A DNA stretch of 64,000 bases from Candidatus Moraniibacteriota bacterium (GTDB lineage: Bacteria > Patescibacteriota > Minisyncoccia > Moranbacterales > UBA1568). Positions 7,815 to 17,932 of this stretch are shown in pieces (within the stretch, counting starts at the first letter, position 1; each line of letters opens with the position of its first letter). The notes under the pieces were generated by a model. The model had not been told where the DNA came from. It saw only the letters and a program-made list of their open reading frames with translations, and made no database searches. Location of the stretch: NCBI GenBank assembly GCA_049287005.1, contig JBAQEZ010000001.1, forward strand, positions 2,204 to 66,203. Direction: 5' to 3'. Both the position numbers and the translations under genes were made by a program.

Positions 7815-10268
7815 TTAAATCACCAAACTCAGAATCTTGTCCTGGATATAGATCACTTTGCGAATTTTTTTACCAGCAATATATGTTGCCACTTTCGGAT
7901 CGGCCAAGGCCATGTTTTTCACTTCTTTCTCGGCGCTGCCCGTGGCCATCTGAAGAAGAGCACGCACCTTTCCGTTCACCTGTACCGCAATCGTTTGCAT
8001 TTCATCCACGATTTTCTTCGCATCATACTTCGGCCACTGCGTCAGAAAAATCGATTTCTTCTCCCCCATAGCATGCCACAATTCTTCCGCGATATGCGGC
8101 GTGAACGGACTCAAGAGCAGCAAAAGAAGCTTGTAGTTCGTCGTTTGCAGCTCTTCTTCTTTCTCAAACGCATTGACAAGAATCATGAGCGCGCTGATGG
8201 CCGTATTGAATTTGAGGTCTTCGATATCTTCCGTCACTTTCTTGATCGTCTTATGAAGTAAGCTCTCTACAGTCTTATTTGTTAACTGTTTTTTGTTGAC
8301 TGTTAACTGGCTCAATCGCCATGCCTTGTCCAAAAACCGCCGCAATCCGATCACGCTTCCCGTATTCCACGTTTTCATATCTTCGAGCGGACCCATGAAC
8401 ATCTCATAGAGACGGAGCGTATCCGCGCCGAGTTCCCCAACCACGATATCCGGATTCACCACGTTGCCGAGCGATTTGGACATCTTGCGCCCGTCTTCAG
8501 CGAGTACCATTCCCTGATGGCGCAGTTTCACGAACGGTTCATCGAATCGGAGGTAATCATATTTCGCCAAGGCCTTGGTGAAAAAACGCGCGTAAAGGAG
8601 ATGCAGTACCGTATGCTCTGCCCCGCCCATATAGAAGTCCACCGGCAGATACTGCGCGAGCTTCTTCGGATCGGCAAACTTCTTGGCATTGTGCGGATCA
8701 GCGAAACGGAGATAATACCAGCTCGAGCATACGAAAGTATCCATCGTATCTGCCTCGCGGCGCGCTTTCTTACCGCACCCTGGGCACTTCACCCTCTGAA
8801 AGCTCTTGGAGCGTGCCAGTGGCGATTCTCCCGTCGGACGGAAATCCACATCCGTCGGCAATTTCACCGGCAGATCTTTCTCCGGCACCGGCACCGCGCC
8901 GCAGTCTTCACAATAAATGATGGGGATCGGCGCGCCCCAATAGCGCTGCCGCGAAATGAGCCAGTCGTGCAAACGATAGTTGATTTTTTTCTTGCCTAAT
9001 TTTTCTTTTACGAGCCAGTTCGTCATCTGCTTACGCGCTGCCTCCGAAGTCAGTCCGGTAAATTCTCCGGAGGCAACCAAGAGACCGTCTTCCACAAAGC
9101 ATTCGCCTGCCTTCTTTTTATCGAGCGCAATGACAGATTGCTTGATTTCAAGCTGATACTTCTTCGCGAACTCGAAATCGCGCTCATCGTGCGCCGGGAC
9201 ACCCATCACCACGCCCGTACCATAACTTCCGAGGACATAATCGGCGACATACACCGGCACCTTCTCGCCCGTGAACGGATTCACCGCCGCGATGCCTTCG
9301 AGTTCTACGCCAGTCTTTTCCTTGTTGAGCTCCGTCCGCTCCAGATCCGTCTTCTTTGCTGTCTTCTCAAGATACTTCTTCACCTCCCTGGCATTTTTTA
9401 CTTTCAACTCTTCACTTTTACCTTGAAACAGTTCCTGAACTATTCTATGCTCAGGAGCTATAACCACGTACGTACAGCCGAAAATCGTATCTACTCGTGT
9501 GGTAAATACTTTTATGTCTTCCTCTGTATTCGCAATAGGAAACACCACCTCCGCACCTTCCGAGCGTCCAATCCAGTGTTTCTGTGCAGCCATAGTCGAT
9601 GACGGCCAATCGATTTTTGCCAAACCGGACAGTAATCCGGAAACTTTTTTCCCGCTCTTCGATCGGGAATCTTCAACGAAATCTGTAATTTTGAAAAACC
9701 ATTGCTCGAGTTCCTTCTGCACGACCTCCGTTCCACAACGATCACACTTACCGTCGATTACCTGTTCATTCGCAAGCACGGTCACATCCTTCGGACACCA
9801 ATTCACATGCGCTTTCTTTTTGTACGCGAGACCGTTTTCGTACAGGAAGAGGAACATCCACTGCGTCCACTTGTAATATTCAGGGCTGGAAGCATTGATT
9901 TCCCGCTCCCAGTCATAGGAAAGTCCGATGGATTTGATCTGACGTTTGAAATTCTTGATTGACTCGATGGTTTTCTTGCTCGGATGAATACCGGTCTTGA
10001 TAGCGAAGTTCTCGGCTGGTAGACCGAAGGCGTCCCAGCCCATCGGATGCAGCACACTGTACCCGTTCATCCGCTTGAATCGAGCATAAATATCCGTTGC
10101 CGTGAAATTTTCCACGTGTCCGACATGCAGACCATCGCCTGACGGATAGGGAAACATATCCAGGATATAGAATTTCCCTTTCCTGCCTTTCAACTGCGGA
10201 TGACCGCTTTTCGCCCAGGCTTTCTGCCATTTCGCCTCGATAACCTTTGGATTGTATGCTTTTTTCAT
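7815..10268 (-). CDS. leuS: Leucyl-tRNA synthetase
   Basis: PYPSGDGLHVGHVENF (HIGH motif), KMSKS present, ~817 aa. The start is taken at MKKAYNPK. Confidence 0.95.
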   Translation of the reverse strand: MKKAYNPKVIEAKWQKAWAKSGHPQLKGRKGKFYILDMFPYPSGDGLHVGHVENFTATDIYARFKRMNGYSVLHPMGWDAFGLPAENFAIKTGIHPSKKTIESIKNFKRQIKSIGLSYDWEREINASSPEYYKWTQWMFLFLYENGLAYKKKAHVNWCPKDVTVLANEQVIDGKCDRCGTEVVQKELEQWFFKITDFVEDSRSKSGKKVSGLLSGLAKIDWPSSTMAAQKHWIGRSEGAEVVFPIANTEEDIKVFTTRVDTIFGCTYVVIAPEHRIVQELFQGKSEELKVKNAREVKKYLEKTAKKTDLERTELNKEKTGVELEGIAAVNPFTGEKVPVYVADYVLGSYGTGVVMGVPAHDERDFEFAKKYQLEIKQSVIALDKKKAGECFVEDGLLVASGEFTGLTSEAARKQMTNWLVKEKLGKKKINYRLHDWLISRQRYWGAPIPIIYCEDCGAVPVPEKDLPVKLPTDVDFRPTGESPLARSKSFQRVKCPGCGKKARREADTMDTFVCSSWYYLRFADPHNAKKFADPKKLAQYLPVDFYMGGAEHTVLHLLYARFFTKALAKYDYLRFDEPFVKLRHQGMVLAEDGRKMSKSLGNVVNPDIVVGELGADTLRLYEMFMGPLEDMKTWNTGSVIGLRRFLDKAWRLSQLTVNKKQLTNKTVESLLHKTIKKVTEDIEDLKFNTAISALMILVNAFEKEEELQTTNYKLLLLLLSPFTPHIAEELWHAMGEKKSIFLTQWPKYDAKKIVDEMQTIAVQVNGKVRALLQMATGSAEKEVKNMALADPKVATYIAGKKIRKVIYIQDKILSLVI

Positions 10269-10374
10269 AAGACAGTCATCATATATCACTTTCTCACTCT
10301 ACCCGAAAAACGGCTTTTTTTCAAGCAAAAACAGGTTTTTGAGAAACCTGTCATCTGCCATGAAAATGCTTTTT

Positions 10375-10821
10375 TTACCGCTCCGCCAAAGCCTTCAGAG
10401 TAACGTCCACCACCTTCTGCGGATCAGTCAGTGATTTGACGAGGTAATACTGCGCGCCACCAAGCTCACTCACTTGCTGAAACATGTCTTCATTATCGAC
10501 ATTGCTCAGTATGACAACCGGGATTTTCGCAAGATCCCCGTCGCTTTTCAGTACTTTCAGGACACCCAACCCATCGAGGATCGGCATCTGGATGTCGAGC
10601 AGTATGACATCTGGCCGTTCTTTTCTAATCACGGCCAACGCTTCTTCTCCGTCCCCGGCCGTCACGACGGTAAATCCTTCACGCCGAAATTTGGTACCAT
10701 AAATGTCACGAATATCATCATTGTCATCCACGACACAGACTTTCTTTCCTTGTTTTCCCTGCTCTTGATGTTCTTCCATATTCGATGATATGCCTTTAAA
10801 GAAAAAATTACTTCGCCTCAT
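10375..10821 (-). CDS. Single-domain response regulator (CheY-like receiver)
   Basis: VCVVDDNDDIRD...ILLDIQMP...K receiver motifs; no output domain. No histidine kinase is seen in the window. Confidence 0.8.
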   Translation of the reverse strand: MRRSNFFFKGISSNMEEHQEQGKQGKKVCVVDDNDDIRDIYGTKFRREGFTVVTAGDGEEALAVIRKERPDVILLDIQMPILDGLGVLKVLKSDGDLAKIPVVILSNVDNEDMFQQVSELGGAQYYLVKSLTDPQKVVDVTLKALAER

Positions 10822-10854
10822 CTTACATTGTCTCGCAAGAACCGTTTCTTCACA

Positions 10855-12129
10855 TTATAGCTTACTCTCATAGTTGTTGGCCCAATATTGGACCCTCGCA
10901 GCATAATTTTTGCATGCCGCCACCCTGCCTGCATATGTTTCTTTCGGCTTGGATGTTCCACAATAATAAATCATCGACGCCGCCTTCTCCCCACCCTTAC
11001 TCGTCGCTCCTCCTGCGGCTAGCTTCAAAGCCATCCCCATGACTCCATCAGTAATGCTCCACGGATCAGCTGGGTTGTGCCCCGTTTTGGCCGCAATCGT
11101 AGCTTTCCAACCACTCCACGTGCTGGGAATAAATTGAGCTACCCCCATAGCCCCTCCATAACCCCCGCTTTTCGGAGCACAGGATACTTTTTTATCATTC
11201 AAACTATAGCCCAAGTCCTTCATGATCGTTTTGAATATAGGAATATCATAACTGTGCATCCGGGTATTCTTGTACGTGCAGCCGCCGGTAAAGCGCCCGA
11301 GGTTCGTTTCCACCACCAATTCTCCCAAAAGAAAATCCTTACGAACACCCGTAGCGTTCGCAGCGATTTTTGCGGCGTCCTGTATATCTTTGGCCGTGAT
11401 GCTTTCGCCCAAAAAAGATGACAAATCCTTCCGTAATTCCGCGAGCTTATCATTCAATTCCGCGATGGTCGCCTGCTGATTTTCGAGATCATCTTGCGTC
11501 TCTATTTTTTCCACCACTAGCACCTGCTTCTGCTTGTTCTTGATAGACAGCAATGCCGCATGATCCGCTTTGACATTCTCGAGAGAACGCTTCTCATCGG
11601 TGACTTTTCCCCGCATTTCACTGATATCGCGAATCACTTCCTGCATCTTTTCCTGCGTCGAAAACAATCCATCATTTTCCCGGAAAAAACCCATGAGATC
11701 ATTTCCGATCAAAATCACCTCAGGCAGCGGGACGTTACCATTGGCATACAGCTCTTGGATGAGCCCCGTCAATACATGCCGCTCCAGCACGAGTTGCTGC
11801 TCGAGGTTCGTAATCTCCTGCTCCTTCTGCCCTATGGTCTGTTCCGTTTGATTGAGTAGATTCTGCACCTTGAGGATCAGCTGCTGCGTGGACGTCAGTG
11901 AAGAATTGATCTGATTCAAATCTTGTTGCAAAGCATCCCCTTTCTTGATCGCGGACTTATATTTTTGCTCATATTTAGCTATTTCAGATTTTTGATCATC
12001 TATGCAGGCAGCGTCGCAATTATCCGACTGAGCCGAGACAAAGGCATGTTTTACCGGCACCACAAACAGAAGAGCCACAAAAACCCCTCCGAGGACAGCA
12101 ACAAATACTCTGCGTGTTATTTTTAACAT
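10855..12129 (-). CDS. Membrane-anchored coiled-coil protein with a C-terminal lytic murein transglycosylase (MltB-like) domain
   Basis: N-terminal TM helix, a long Q/L-rich coiled coil, and a GAMGVAQFIPSTW motif typical of lytic transglycosylases. Confidence 0.65.
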   Translation of the reverse strand: MLKITRRVFVAVLGGVFVALLFVVPVKHAFVSAQSDNCDAACIDDQKSEIAKYEQKYKSAIKKGDALQQDLNQINSSLTSTQQLILKVQNLLNQTEQTIGQKEQEITNLEQQLVLERHVLTGLIQELYANGNVPLPEVILIGNDLMGFFRENDGLFSTQEKMQEVIRDISEMRGKVTDEKRSLENVKADHAALLSIKNKQKQVLVVEKIETQDDLENQQATIAELNDKLAELRKDLSSFLGESITAKDIQDAAKIAANATGVRKDFLLGELVVETNLGRFTGGCTYKNTRMHSYDIPIFKTIMKDLGYSLNDKKVSCAPKSGGYGGAMGVAQFIPSTWSGWKATIAAKTGHNPADPWSITDGVMGMALKLAAGGATSKGGEKAASMIYYCGTSKPKETYAGRVAACKNYAARVQYWANNYESKL

Positions 12130-12200
12130 GTAGAAGCATTATACCATACGCCCTGCCGTCCTTTTTGATAAGCATATCGGATTCCCTCTAACGGGCAAAT

Positions 12201-12239
12201 CCGAAAAAACAAACGGCTCTCTCATCGGTGGAGGAGCCG
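12201..12239 (-). terminator. Intrinsic terminator downstream of recA
   Basis: CGGCTCT/GAGGAGCCG hairpin followed by a T-tract on the minus strand. Confidence 0.5.
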
Positions 12240-12287
12240 CCTTTTCTTTTCTCTCACGAAATATCTCGCGTCCGATATACGTCTTTT

Positions 12288-13328
12288 CTACTCATCAGGT
12301 TCGGCTTTCGCCTTCACGACACCATCTTTCACTTGTTTGTGGATCGCTTTTTCGATTTCCTTGCCGATCTTCGGATTCTCCTTGAGGAAGGCCTTGGCAG
12401 ACTCGCGTCCGGCACCGAGCTTCACTTCGCCGAAGATGAATGAATTGCCGGATTTCTTGACCGCGCCATACAATACGCCGGCATCGAGCAGATCGCCTGA
12501 AAAAGAAATGCCTTCGTTGTACATGATATCGAATTCCGCCGTCCGGAATGGAGCCGCCACCTTGTTCTTTACCACTTTGGCTTTGACGCGGTTACCAACG
12601 ACTTCCTCGCCGCGCTTGATCTGGGCGCTGCGTCGTACCTCGATACGCACCGAGGAATAGAATTTCAGAGCCTGTCCCCCTGTCGTCGTTTCCGGATTGC
12701 CAAACATCACACCGATCTTCATACGGATCTGGTTAATGAAAATAACCACCACGTTAGATCGAGCGATGATGGCCGTCAATTTGCGGAGCGCTTGCGACAT
12801 GAGGCGCGCTTGCCGTCCGACATGATGGTCTCCCATTTCACCCTCGATTTCGGCTTTCGGTACCAGGGCAGCCACGGAGTCAACCACGATCACATCCACC
12901 ATATTGGAGCGCACCAGGGTCTCCACGATATCCAGTGCCTGTTCACCATTATCCGGCTGGGAAATAAGCAGATCATTTATGTTCACGCCGATCCGCTTGG
13001 CATATTCCGGATCCAAAGCGTGCTCAGCATCCACGAAAGCAGCGATACCGCCCACCTTCTGAGCGTTGGCAATGATATGGAGCGACAAAGTCGTTTTTCC
13101 GGATGATTCCGGACCATAAATCTCTACGACACGCCCGCGCGGAACGCCTCCGATACCCAACGCGATGTCGAGTGATACGGAACCGGTCGGGATGACTTCG
13201 ACATCCACCTTGCGTACATCGCCGAGCTTCATCATCATTCCCTCACCAAATTTCTCCTGGATGGCGTCCAAAACCGTATTGATCTTGCTTTTTCCCTCGC
13301 CGGCTGCCGCCTGTTTGATCTTGGCCAT
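12288..13328 (-). CDS. recA: Recombinase RecA
   Basis: GPESSGKTT Walker A; full-length RecA similarity; 346 aa. Confidence 0.97.
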   Translation of the reverse strand: MAKIKQAAAGEGKSKINTVLDAIQEKFGEGMMMKLGDVRKVDVEVIPTGSVSLDIALGIGGVPRGRVVEIYGPESSGKTTLSLHIIANAQKVGGIAAFVDAEHALDPEYAKRIGVNINDLLISQPDNGEQALDIVETLVRSNMVDVIVVDSVAALVPKAEIEGEMGDHHVGRQARLMSQALRKLTAIIARSNVVVIFINQIRMKIGVMFGNPETTTGGQALKFYSSVRIEVRRSAQIKRGEEVVGNRVKAKVVKNKVAAPFRTAEFDIMYNEGISFSGDLLDAGVLYGAVKKSGNSFIFGEVKLGAGRESAKAFLKENPKIGKEIEKAIHKQVKDGVVKAKAEPDE

Positions 13329-13509
13329 ATATTTTTTACTTTATAAACTTTTTAACTTTATTCATCCTGTAAAATAATCTGCTTGGGCAAATTCCTGCGA
13401 AGCAGGATTTCACAGGGTAAACTTTCCGGCTTGATAAACTTTATGAACTTTCTCACTTGCTTGTTTACTCTTCTTACATACTAACACACACAACATACCG
13501 CGTCTACTC

Positions 13510-14496
13510 CTACCTACCGGCTGAGGTAAATATGACGCCCGTTTTTGATATTTTTTCGCTTCCCAAAGGGATTTCCTCTGCCGCCCCATTGAAACGTACA
13601 AACGTCCTTGCGGCGTTTTCTGAAGTAATTTTTATCGTATTTTTCGCCTCTGCCGTTTGCAAATCACCAACCTTCAGAATACCATTGAACACGACGACAC
13701 CATCCGCTTCCACGGTAACCTGCGTCGGTGCATCGCGCATCGAAATATCCACCCGAAAGGTCTCTGCAATTTTCTTTTGAGTCAGATCCTCCATACTCCT
13801 CTCTGATGCCTGCGGTGTATAACTGGATTCGAGAGAAAGCGTTTCTGATTTTTCCTTATCAAAACGATTGACGGAGATGACAGTCACCGTATTGAGCCCC
13901 GCCTGCAGAATCAGCTTGTCAGAAAAGTCTCCATCGCTGCCGACAAACACTGTCTGATTATTGATAGAAACGCGCGCGCCCTTGTCTGTCTTACCTTGTA
14001 CGACGACTTCATTCGACGCTATTTTCGTACCGCTAACCGGGCTGAGAATAATCAAGCGCGGCTCTCCGGCGAATGTCTGAAATTCACGGAAGAGATACAG
14101 GAACGCTCCGCCTACCAGCAGAAAAATCATGGCGATCACGAGTGAGCGCGGCGTGATCACGAGAGAAGAAATATCCAAATGTTTTACATTGAAAGTCTTT
14201 TTCAGGGTCTCCTGACTAAGATTCGCCTGAATATGTCGTTCCCGCTCATAGAGTTTGATAAAGGCCTGCTCATCGATATTCAGATACCGTGCGTAACTCC
14301 TGAGGAATCCACGCACGTAGACATCCGCCGGCAGCTTGTGGTACTCACCATTCTCGAGATACTCCAAATATTTCACCTGAATTCTCGTCGCCTTGGAAAT
14401 TTCGGACAAGCTCATCCGGAGATCCCCCCGAAGCTTTTTCAATTTCTCACCGAGCGTCAGTGATTCGACTTTTTTCCGCGTAAAACCATCTTTCAT
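13510..14496 (-). CDS. RodZ-like cytoskeleton protein (XRE-type HTH, a single TM helix, and a C-terminal domain)
   Basis: LGEKLKKLRGDLRMSLSEISKATRIQVKYLEYLE HTH, followed by a TM helix (IAMIFLLVGGAFLYLF). Confidence 0.6.
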   Translation of the reverse strand: MKDGFTRKKVESLTLGEKLKKLRGDLRMSLSEISKATRIQVKYLEYLENGEYHKLPADVYVRGFLRSYARYLNIDEQAFIKLYERERHIQANLSQETLKKTFNVKHLDISSLVITPRSLVIAMIFLLVGGAFLYLFREFQTFAGEPRLIILSPVSGTKIASNEVVVQGKTDKGARVSINNQTVFVGSDGDFSDKLILQAGLNTVTVISVNRFDKEKSETLSLESSYTPQASERSMEDLTQKKIAETFRVDISMRDAPTQVTVEADGVVVFNGILKVGDLQTAEAKNTIKITSENAARTFVRFNGAAEEIPLGSEKISKTGVIFTSAGR

Positions 14497-14508
14497 ATAC
14501 TCGCTTTT

Positions 14509-14564
14509 TAGCTTCTTAGCTATTTAGCTTCTTAGCTATTTAGCTTCTTAGCTATTTAGCTTCT
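14509..14564. repeat. Tandem array, 3.5 copies of the 16-bp unit TAGCTTCTTAGCTATT (contains the near-palindrome AGCTAAATAGCT), immediately upstream of the rodZ-like start
   Basis: Direct reading; the units abut exactly. Confidence 0.9.
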
Positions 14565-14613
14565 GCCACCATTCTATCTCTCTACAAGCTACCAACTAAA
14601 AGCTATAAGCTGT

Positions 14614-17004
14614 TCAAAGTTGCCATTTGTCGCGGTCGCCCTGATCCGTCAGAGGATCATCGCCATACTGTTTCGCATCCTCATCTGCTGCCGGGAGAGT
14701 ATCCGCACTGCCGTCTCCTTTGCTCAAGAGCACCGTCTTCTTCCCGTTTACCATGCCTACCACGCCATTCTCTTCCAAAAGTCGCATGAGACGAGCCGCG
14801 CGCGGATACCCGACGCTGAAAGCGGTTTGGAACGACGTCGTCGAGGCACGTCCCGTTTGCACGGTGAGCTCTTTGGCCTGCTCATAGAGAGTGTCTTCTT
14901 TCGATCCGCCGTCCAGTTCATTCATCGCCTCAGTGATGTCCGCCGCCTTATCATCCCCATCAAGCTCTCCACCTATTTCATCTTCTCCAAGATTTTCTTT
15001 CTGATTACGCCAGAAAGTGGTGACACGTTTCACTTCATCATCCGACACGAATACGCCTTGAATACGTTTCAGTTCCGTCCCTTCAGAGGGAGAATACAAC
15101 ATATCCCCATTGCCCAAAAGCTTCTCCGCTCCTCCGGCCGCGAGGATAGTACGCGAATCAATCTGTGATTTCAATTGAAACGCGATGCGCGTCGGGATAT
15201 TGGATTTGATCAAGCCGGTAATGACCGTCACTTCCGGACGCTGTGTCGCCAGGAGCAAATGAATACCGATGGCCCGTGACTTGGCAGCCAAACGATTGAT
15301 CAGCGCCTCCACTTCCTTCCCATGCATCGACATCAGATCTGCCATTTCATCGATGACAATGACCAAATAGGGCAGGTTCAGGAACGGCTCTTTGGTCACT
15401 TTTCCTGTTTCCGCATCCACCACCGTCTTGTGTTCGCCTAAGAGAGCGCGCTCACGATACGCGACGATATCCCGCGCGTGCGCCTCTTCCAAAACTTTGT
15501 AGCGGTGTTCCATTTCGCCGACCGCCCAGCGCAGCGCGTTCACCACCTTCTTCATGTCTACGATCACGTCTGTCTGTAAATGAGGAATCCCTTTGTAGAT
15601 AGAGAGTTCCACGCGCTTCGGATCCACCAGAATCAGTCTAAGGTCTTCGGGAGAATTCTGATACAGGAGAGAAAGCAGGAAAGTATTGATACACACGCTC
15701 TTGCCTGATCCCGTCCGCCCCGCGATGAGCAGGTGCGGCATCTTACGGAGATCAGCCAACACATGCTTGCCGGCGACATCCTGCCCCATAACCAGCATCA
15801 GATCCGATTTCCGTTCGCGGAATTCCTTGCTCTCGATGATCGCCTTGAGACGGACAGTGGCGACGGTTTTATTGGGAACCTCGATGCCGATGAGCGCTTG
15901 ACCGGGGATCGGAGCTTCGATGCGGATGGACTTCGCGGAAAGAGCCAGCGCCAGATCGTCCGAAAGCGTCGTGATACGCGAAAGCTTTACGCCGAAAGCC
16001 GGACGAAACGTATATTGAGTCACGGTCGGACCGATGAGCGCTTCACCCGGTTCTACCTCTATACCGAAATACTTGAGCGTGCTTTGGACAATATGTTTGT
16101 TCCGTTCCGTATCGCCACCGGCGGCCTGTCCCATCGTCGATTCCATCAAATCCACTGATGGCAGTTCCCAGTGTATATGGCCGCGACGCCGCGTCTTCCT
16201 CGGACGGATGAATGCCGGCACCAAGACCGTCTCATCCGAGCTGTCTTCTCCTTCTGCTGCGCTCGCCGACAGGCTCTCGTCTTCCTGAAATTCCAAATGG
16301 CGGATGTTATTGGCTGCCAAATTCATATGCTCTTCCGCTGGGGCTCCTTCGCTGCCTGTCGCCGCCACAGGAGCGGGCTCAAGCTTTTCTTCCAGGGGTA
16401 CCGATCCGCTGACAGCCGTACCATCAGAAACGATGGTTTCTTTTTCTTTGGGACGCAATTTTTCCTGCAACCGTTCGAAGGAATGGATCAGCGACATATT
16501 GAACGACGCGATCATACCGATAATGAAGAGCGCGATCAGAATGATAGTGCCGGCTGCCTTGCCGGTGAAGTTCGCCAGCACGGAGGCAAAAGCGAAGCCG
16601 ATGTATCCCCCGCCCTGTCCCGCCCGGGCTATCTTGAGGAGTTCTTTCGTTCCCTCTCCGCTGTACAGGTGAAACAATCCCAGCACAGCGAAAAAACCGA
16701 GGATCAGCCCGATAAAGCGCACGGCATCCGCCAGAGTCGTTGTCCGTCGCTTGAGAAACATCAGCCCCGCACTCACCAAGAGGAGCGGGAGTAGCCACTT
16801 CCCCCATCCGAGGAGCATGCCGAGCCCCGTGTCGAGCCATCCTCCCAAGACGCCCGCCGTATCGAAATAGGCCAAGAGAAAAAGCAGGGAAAGGGCAAAC
16901 AAAAAAACCGCCGCGATGCTCCGTTTGGCATCGCTGTGGAGAATATCTTCGAATTTGAATCCATCATCTTCCGGCTCTACCGGGACCTTTTTTTTCCGCC
17001 CCAT
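14614..17004 (-). CDS. ftsK: DNA translocase FtsK/SpoIIIE
   Basis: N-terminal TM domain, GRTGSGKS Walker A, and a C-terminal gamma winged-helix domain; 796 aa. Confidence 0.92.
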   Translation of the reverse strand: MGRKKKVPVEPEDDGFKFEDILHSDAKRSIAAVFLFALSLLFLLAYFDTAGVLGGWLDTGLGMLLGWGKWLLPLLLVSAGLMFLKRRTTTLADAVRFIGLILGFFAVLGLFHLYSGEGTKELLKIARAGQGGGYIGFAFASVLANFTGKAAGTIILIALFIIGMIASFNMSLIHSFERLQEKLRPKEKETIVSDGTAVSGSVPLEEKLEPAPVAATGSEGAPAEEHMNLAANNIRHLEFQEDESLSASAAEGEDSSDETVLVPAFIRPRKTRRRGHIHWELPSVDLMESTMGQAAGGDTERNKHIVQSTLKYFGIEVEPGEALIGPTVTQYTFRPAFGVKLSRITTLSDDLALALSAKSIRIEAPIPGQALIGIEVPNKTVATVRLKAIIESKEFRERKSDLMLVMGQDVAGKHVLADLRKMPHLLIAGRTGSGKSVCINTFLLSLLYQNSPEDLRLILVDPKRVELSIYKGIPHLQTDVIVDMKKVVNALRWAVGEMEHRYKVLEEAHARDIVAYRERALLGEHKTVVDAETGKVTKEPFLNLPYLVIVIDEMADLMSMHGKEVEALINRLAAKSRAIGIHLLLATQRPEVTVITGLIKSNIPTRIAFQLKSQIDSRTILAAGGAEKLLGNGDMLYSPSEGTELKRIQGVFVSDDEVKRVTTFWRNQKENLGEDEIGGELDGDDKAADITEAMNELDGGSKEDTLYEQAKELTVQTGRASTTSFQTAFSVGYPRAARLMRLLEENGVVGMVNGKKTVLLSKGDGSADTLPAADEDAKQYGDDPLTDQGDRDKWQL

Positions 17005-17063
17005 AATTGGATATTCATTTTAGTAGTATATAAGGAAAGTATACCACGAACAATCCTCTCTTT

Positions 17064-17097
17064 TCAAAAAAACACCTTCCTTTGTATAAGGGGTGTT
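17064..17097 (-). terminator. Intrinsic terminator after the hypothetical membrane protein gene
   Basis: AACACC...GGTGTT hairpin followed by TTTTTTGAAAAG on the minus strand. Confidence 0.55.
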
Positions 17098-17126
17098 TTG
17101 GAGAAAAGACATACGCAACGATATCT

Positions 17127-17780
17127 TTACCGCTCTAATACCAGAAACTTGTAATCAGATTTCCAGTGTTCGTTTTTCCCGAACGTCAGATCCAGATAGA
17201 AGGTGATATAGTCGCCGCTTTTTGTCCACGTTCCGGTAGGCCATTTGCCCGTAGATTGTCCGCTCGTGACGCCTACCGTATCATACTTGGTACAAAATCT
17301 TTCTTCAATCTGATCCTTCACCGCATCGTGGCATTTGGTCAAATCAAACACCATCGTTTCGAGCTGTCCTCCTCGTTCATTATAGAAACGTTCCGAATTA
17401 TCCGCATCGGGCGCGCACTCGATCGGCTGATCAGCAAAGACATATTCTTTGATCGGATCATACGCCATGCGAGCCTCGAGAGGACACTCCGTAGCCGCTT
17501 CGACTTTGGTCAAGAAGATGGTTCCGAAACCATATGTATCATTCCTGTAGATGTTCGGATCAGTGACGCTTTCTGGCCGCGGTGCCGGACTGGCCACTCT
17601 CGAAGCGGGTGGTTCTATCCCTGATAATGGAACGCACGCCACTATCTCGATACTTTGCTTCCCGATCAGAAACAACAGTATGGCGATACCCACAAGAGCG
17701 ATAAAAATAATTCCGATTCTCCCAAAGCGAATGTTTGAATACATAATTTTTATTATCAAACGAGTGAGCGCACGTATCAA
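17127..17780 (-). CDS. Hypothetical membrane-anchored, Cys-containing secreted protein
   Basis: N-terminal TM/signal anchor (IGIIFIALVGIAILLFLIG); no recognisable domain. The start may be at MYSNIRF (17744). Confidence 0.5.
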   Translation of the reverse strand: MIRALTRLIIKIMYSNIRFGRIGIIFIALVGIAILLFLIGKQSIEIVACVPLSGIEPPASRVASPAPRPESVTDPNIYRNDTYGFGTIFLTKVEAATECPLEARMAYDPIKEYVFADQPIECAPDADNSERFYNERGGQLETMVFDLTKCHDAVKDQIEERFCTKYDTVGVTSGQSTGKWPTGTWTKSGDYITFYLDLTFGKNEHWKSDYKFLVLER

Positions 17781-17860
17781 ATAATGAACACCATTGGATA
17801 TTCAAAACTTTTGAGGAATGCTTCCCTCACTCAATATTTTTTATCAGTATACCATATCCT

Positions 17861-17905
17861 GTAAAAATATAAAGCAACCCTGCCTCTCGGAAGAGGCAGG
17901 GTTGC
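17861..17905 (-). terminator. Strong intrinsic terminator of the rpoBC operon
   Basis: Perfect 14-bp stem GCAACCCTGCCTCT/AGAGGCAGGGTTGC with a CGGA loop, followed by TTTATATTTTTAC. Confidence 0.8.
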
Positions 17906-17932
17906 AGTCAGGCACATGCAAAGGAGACTGAC

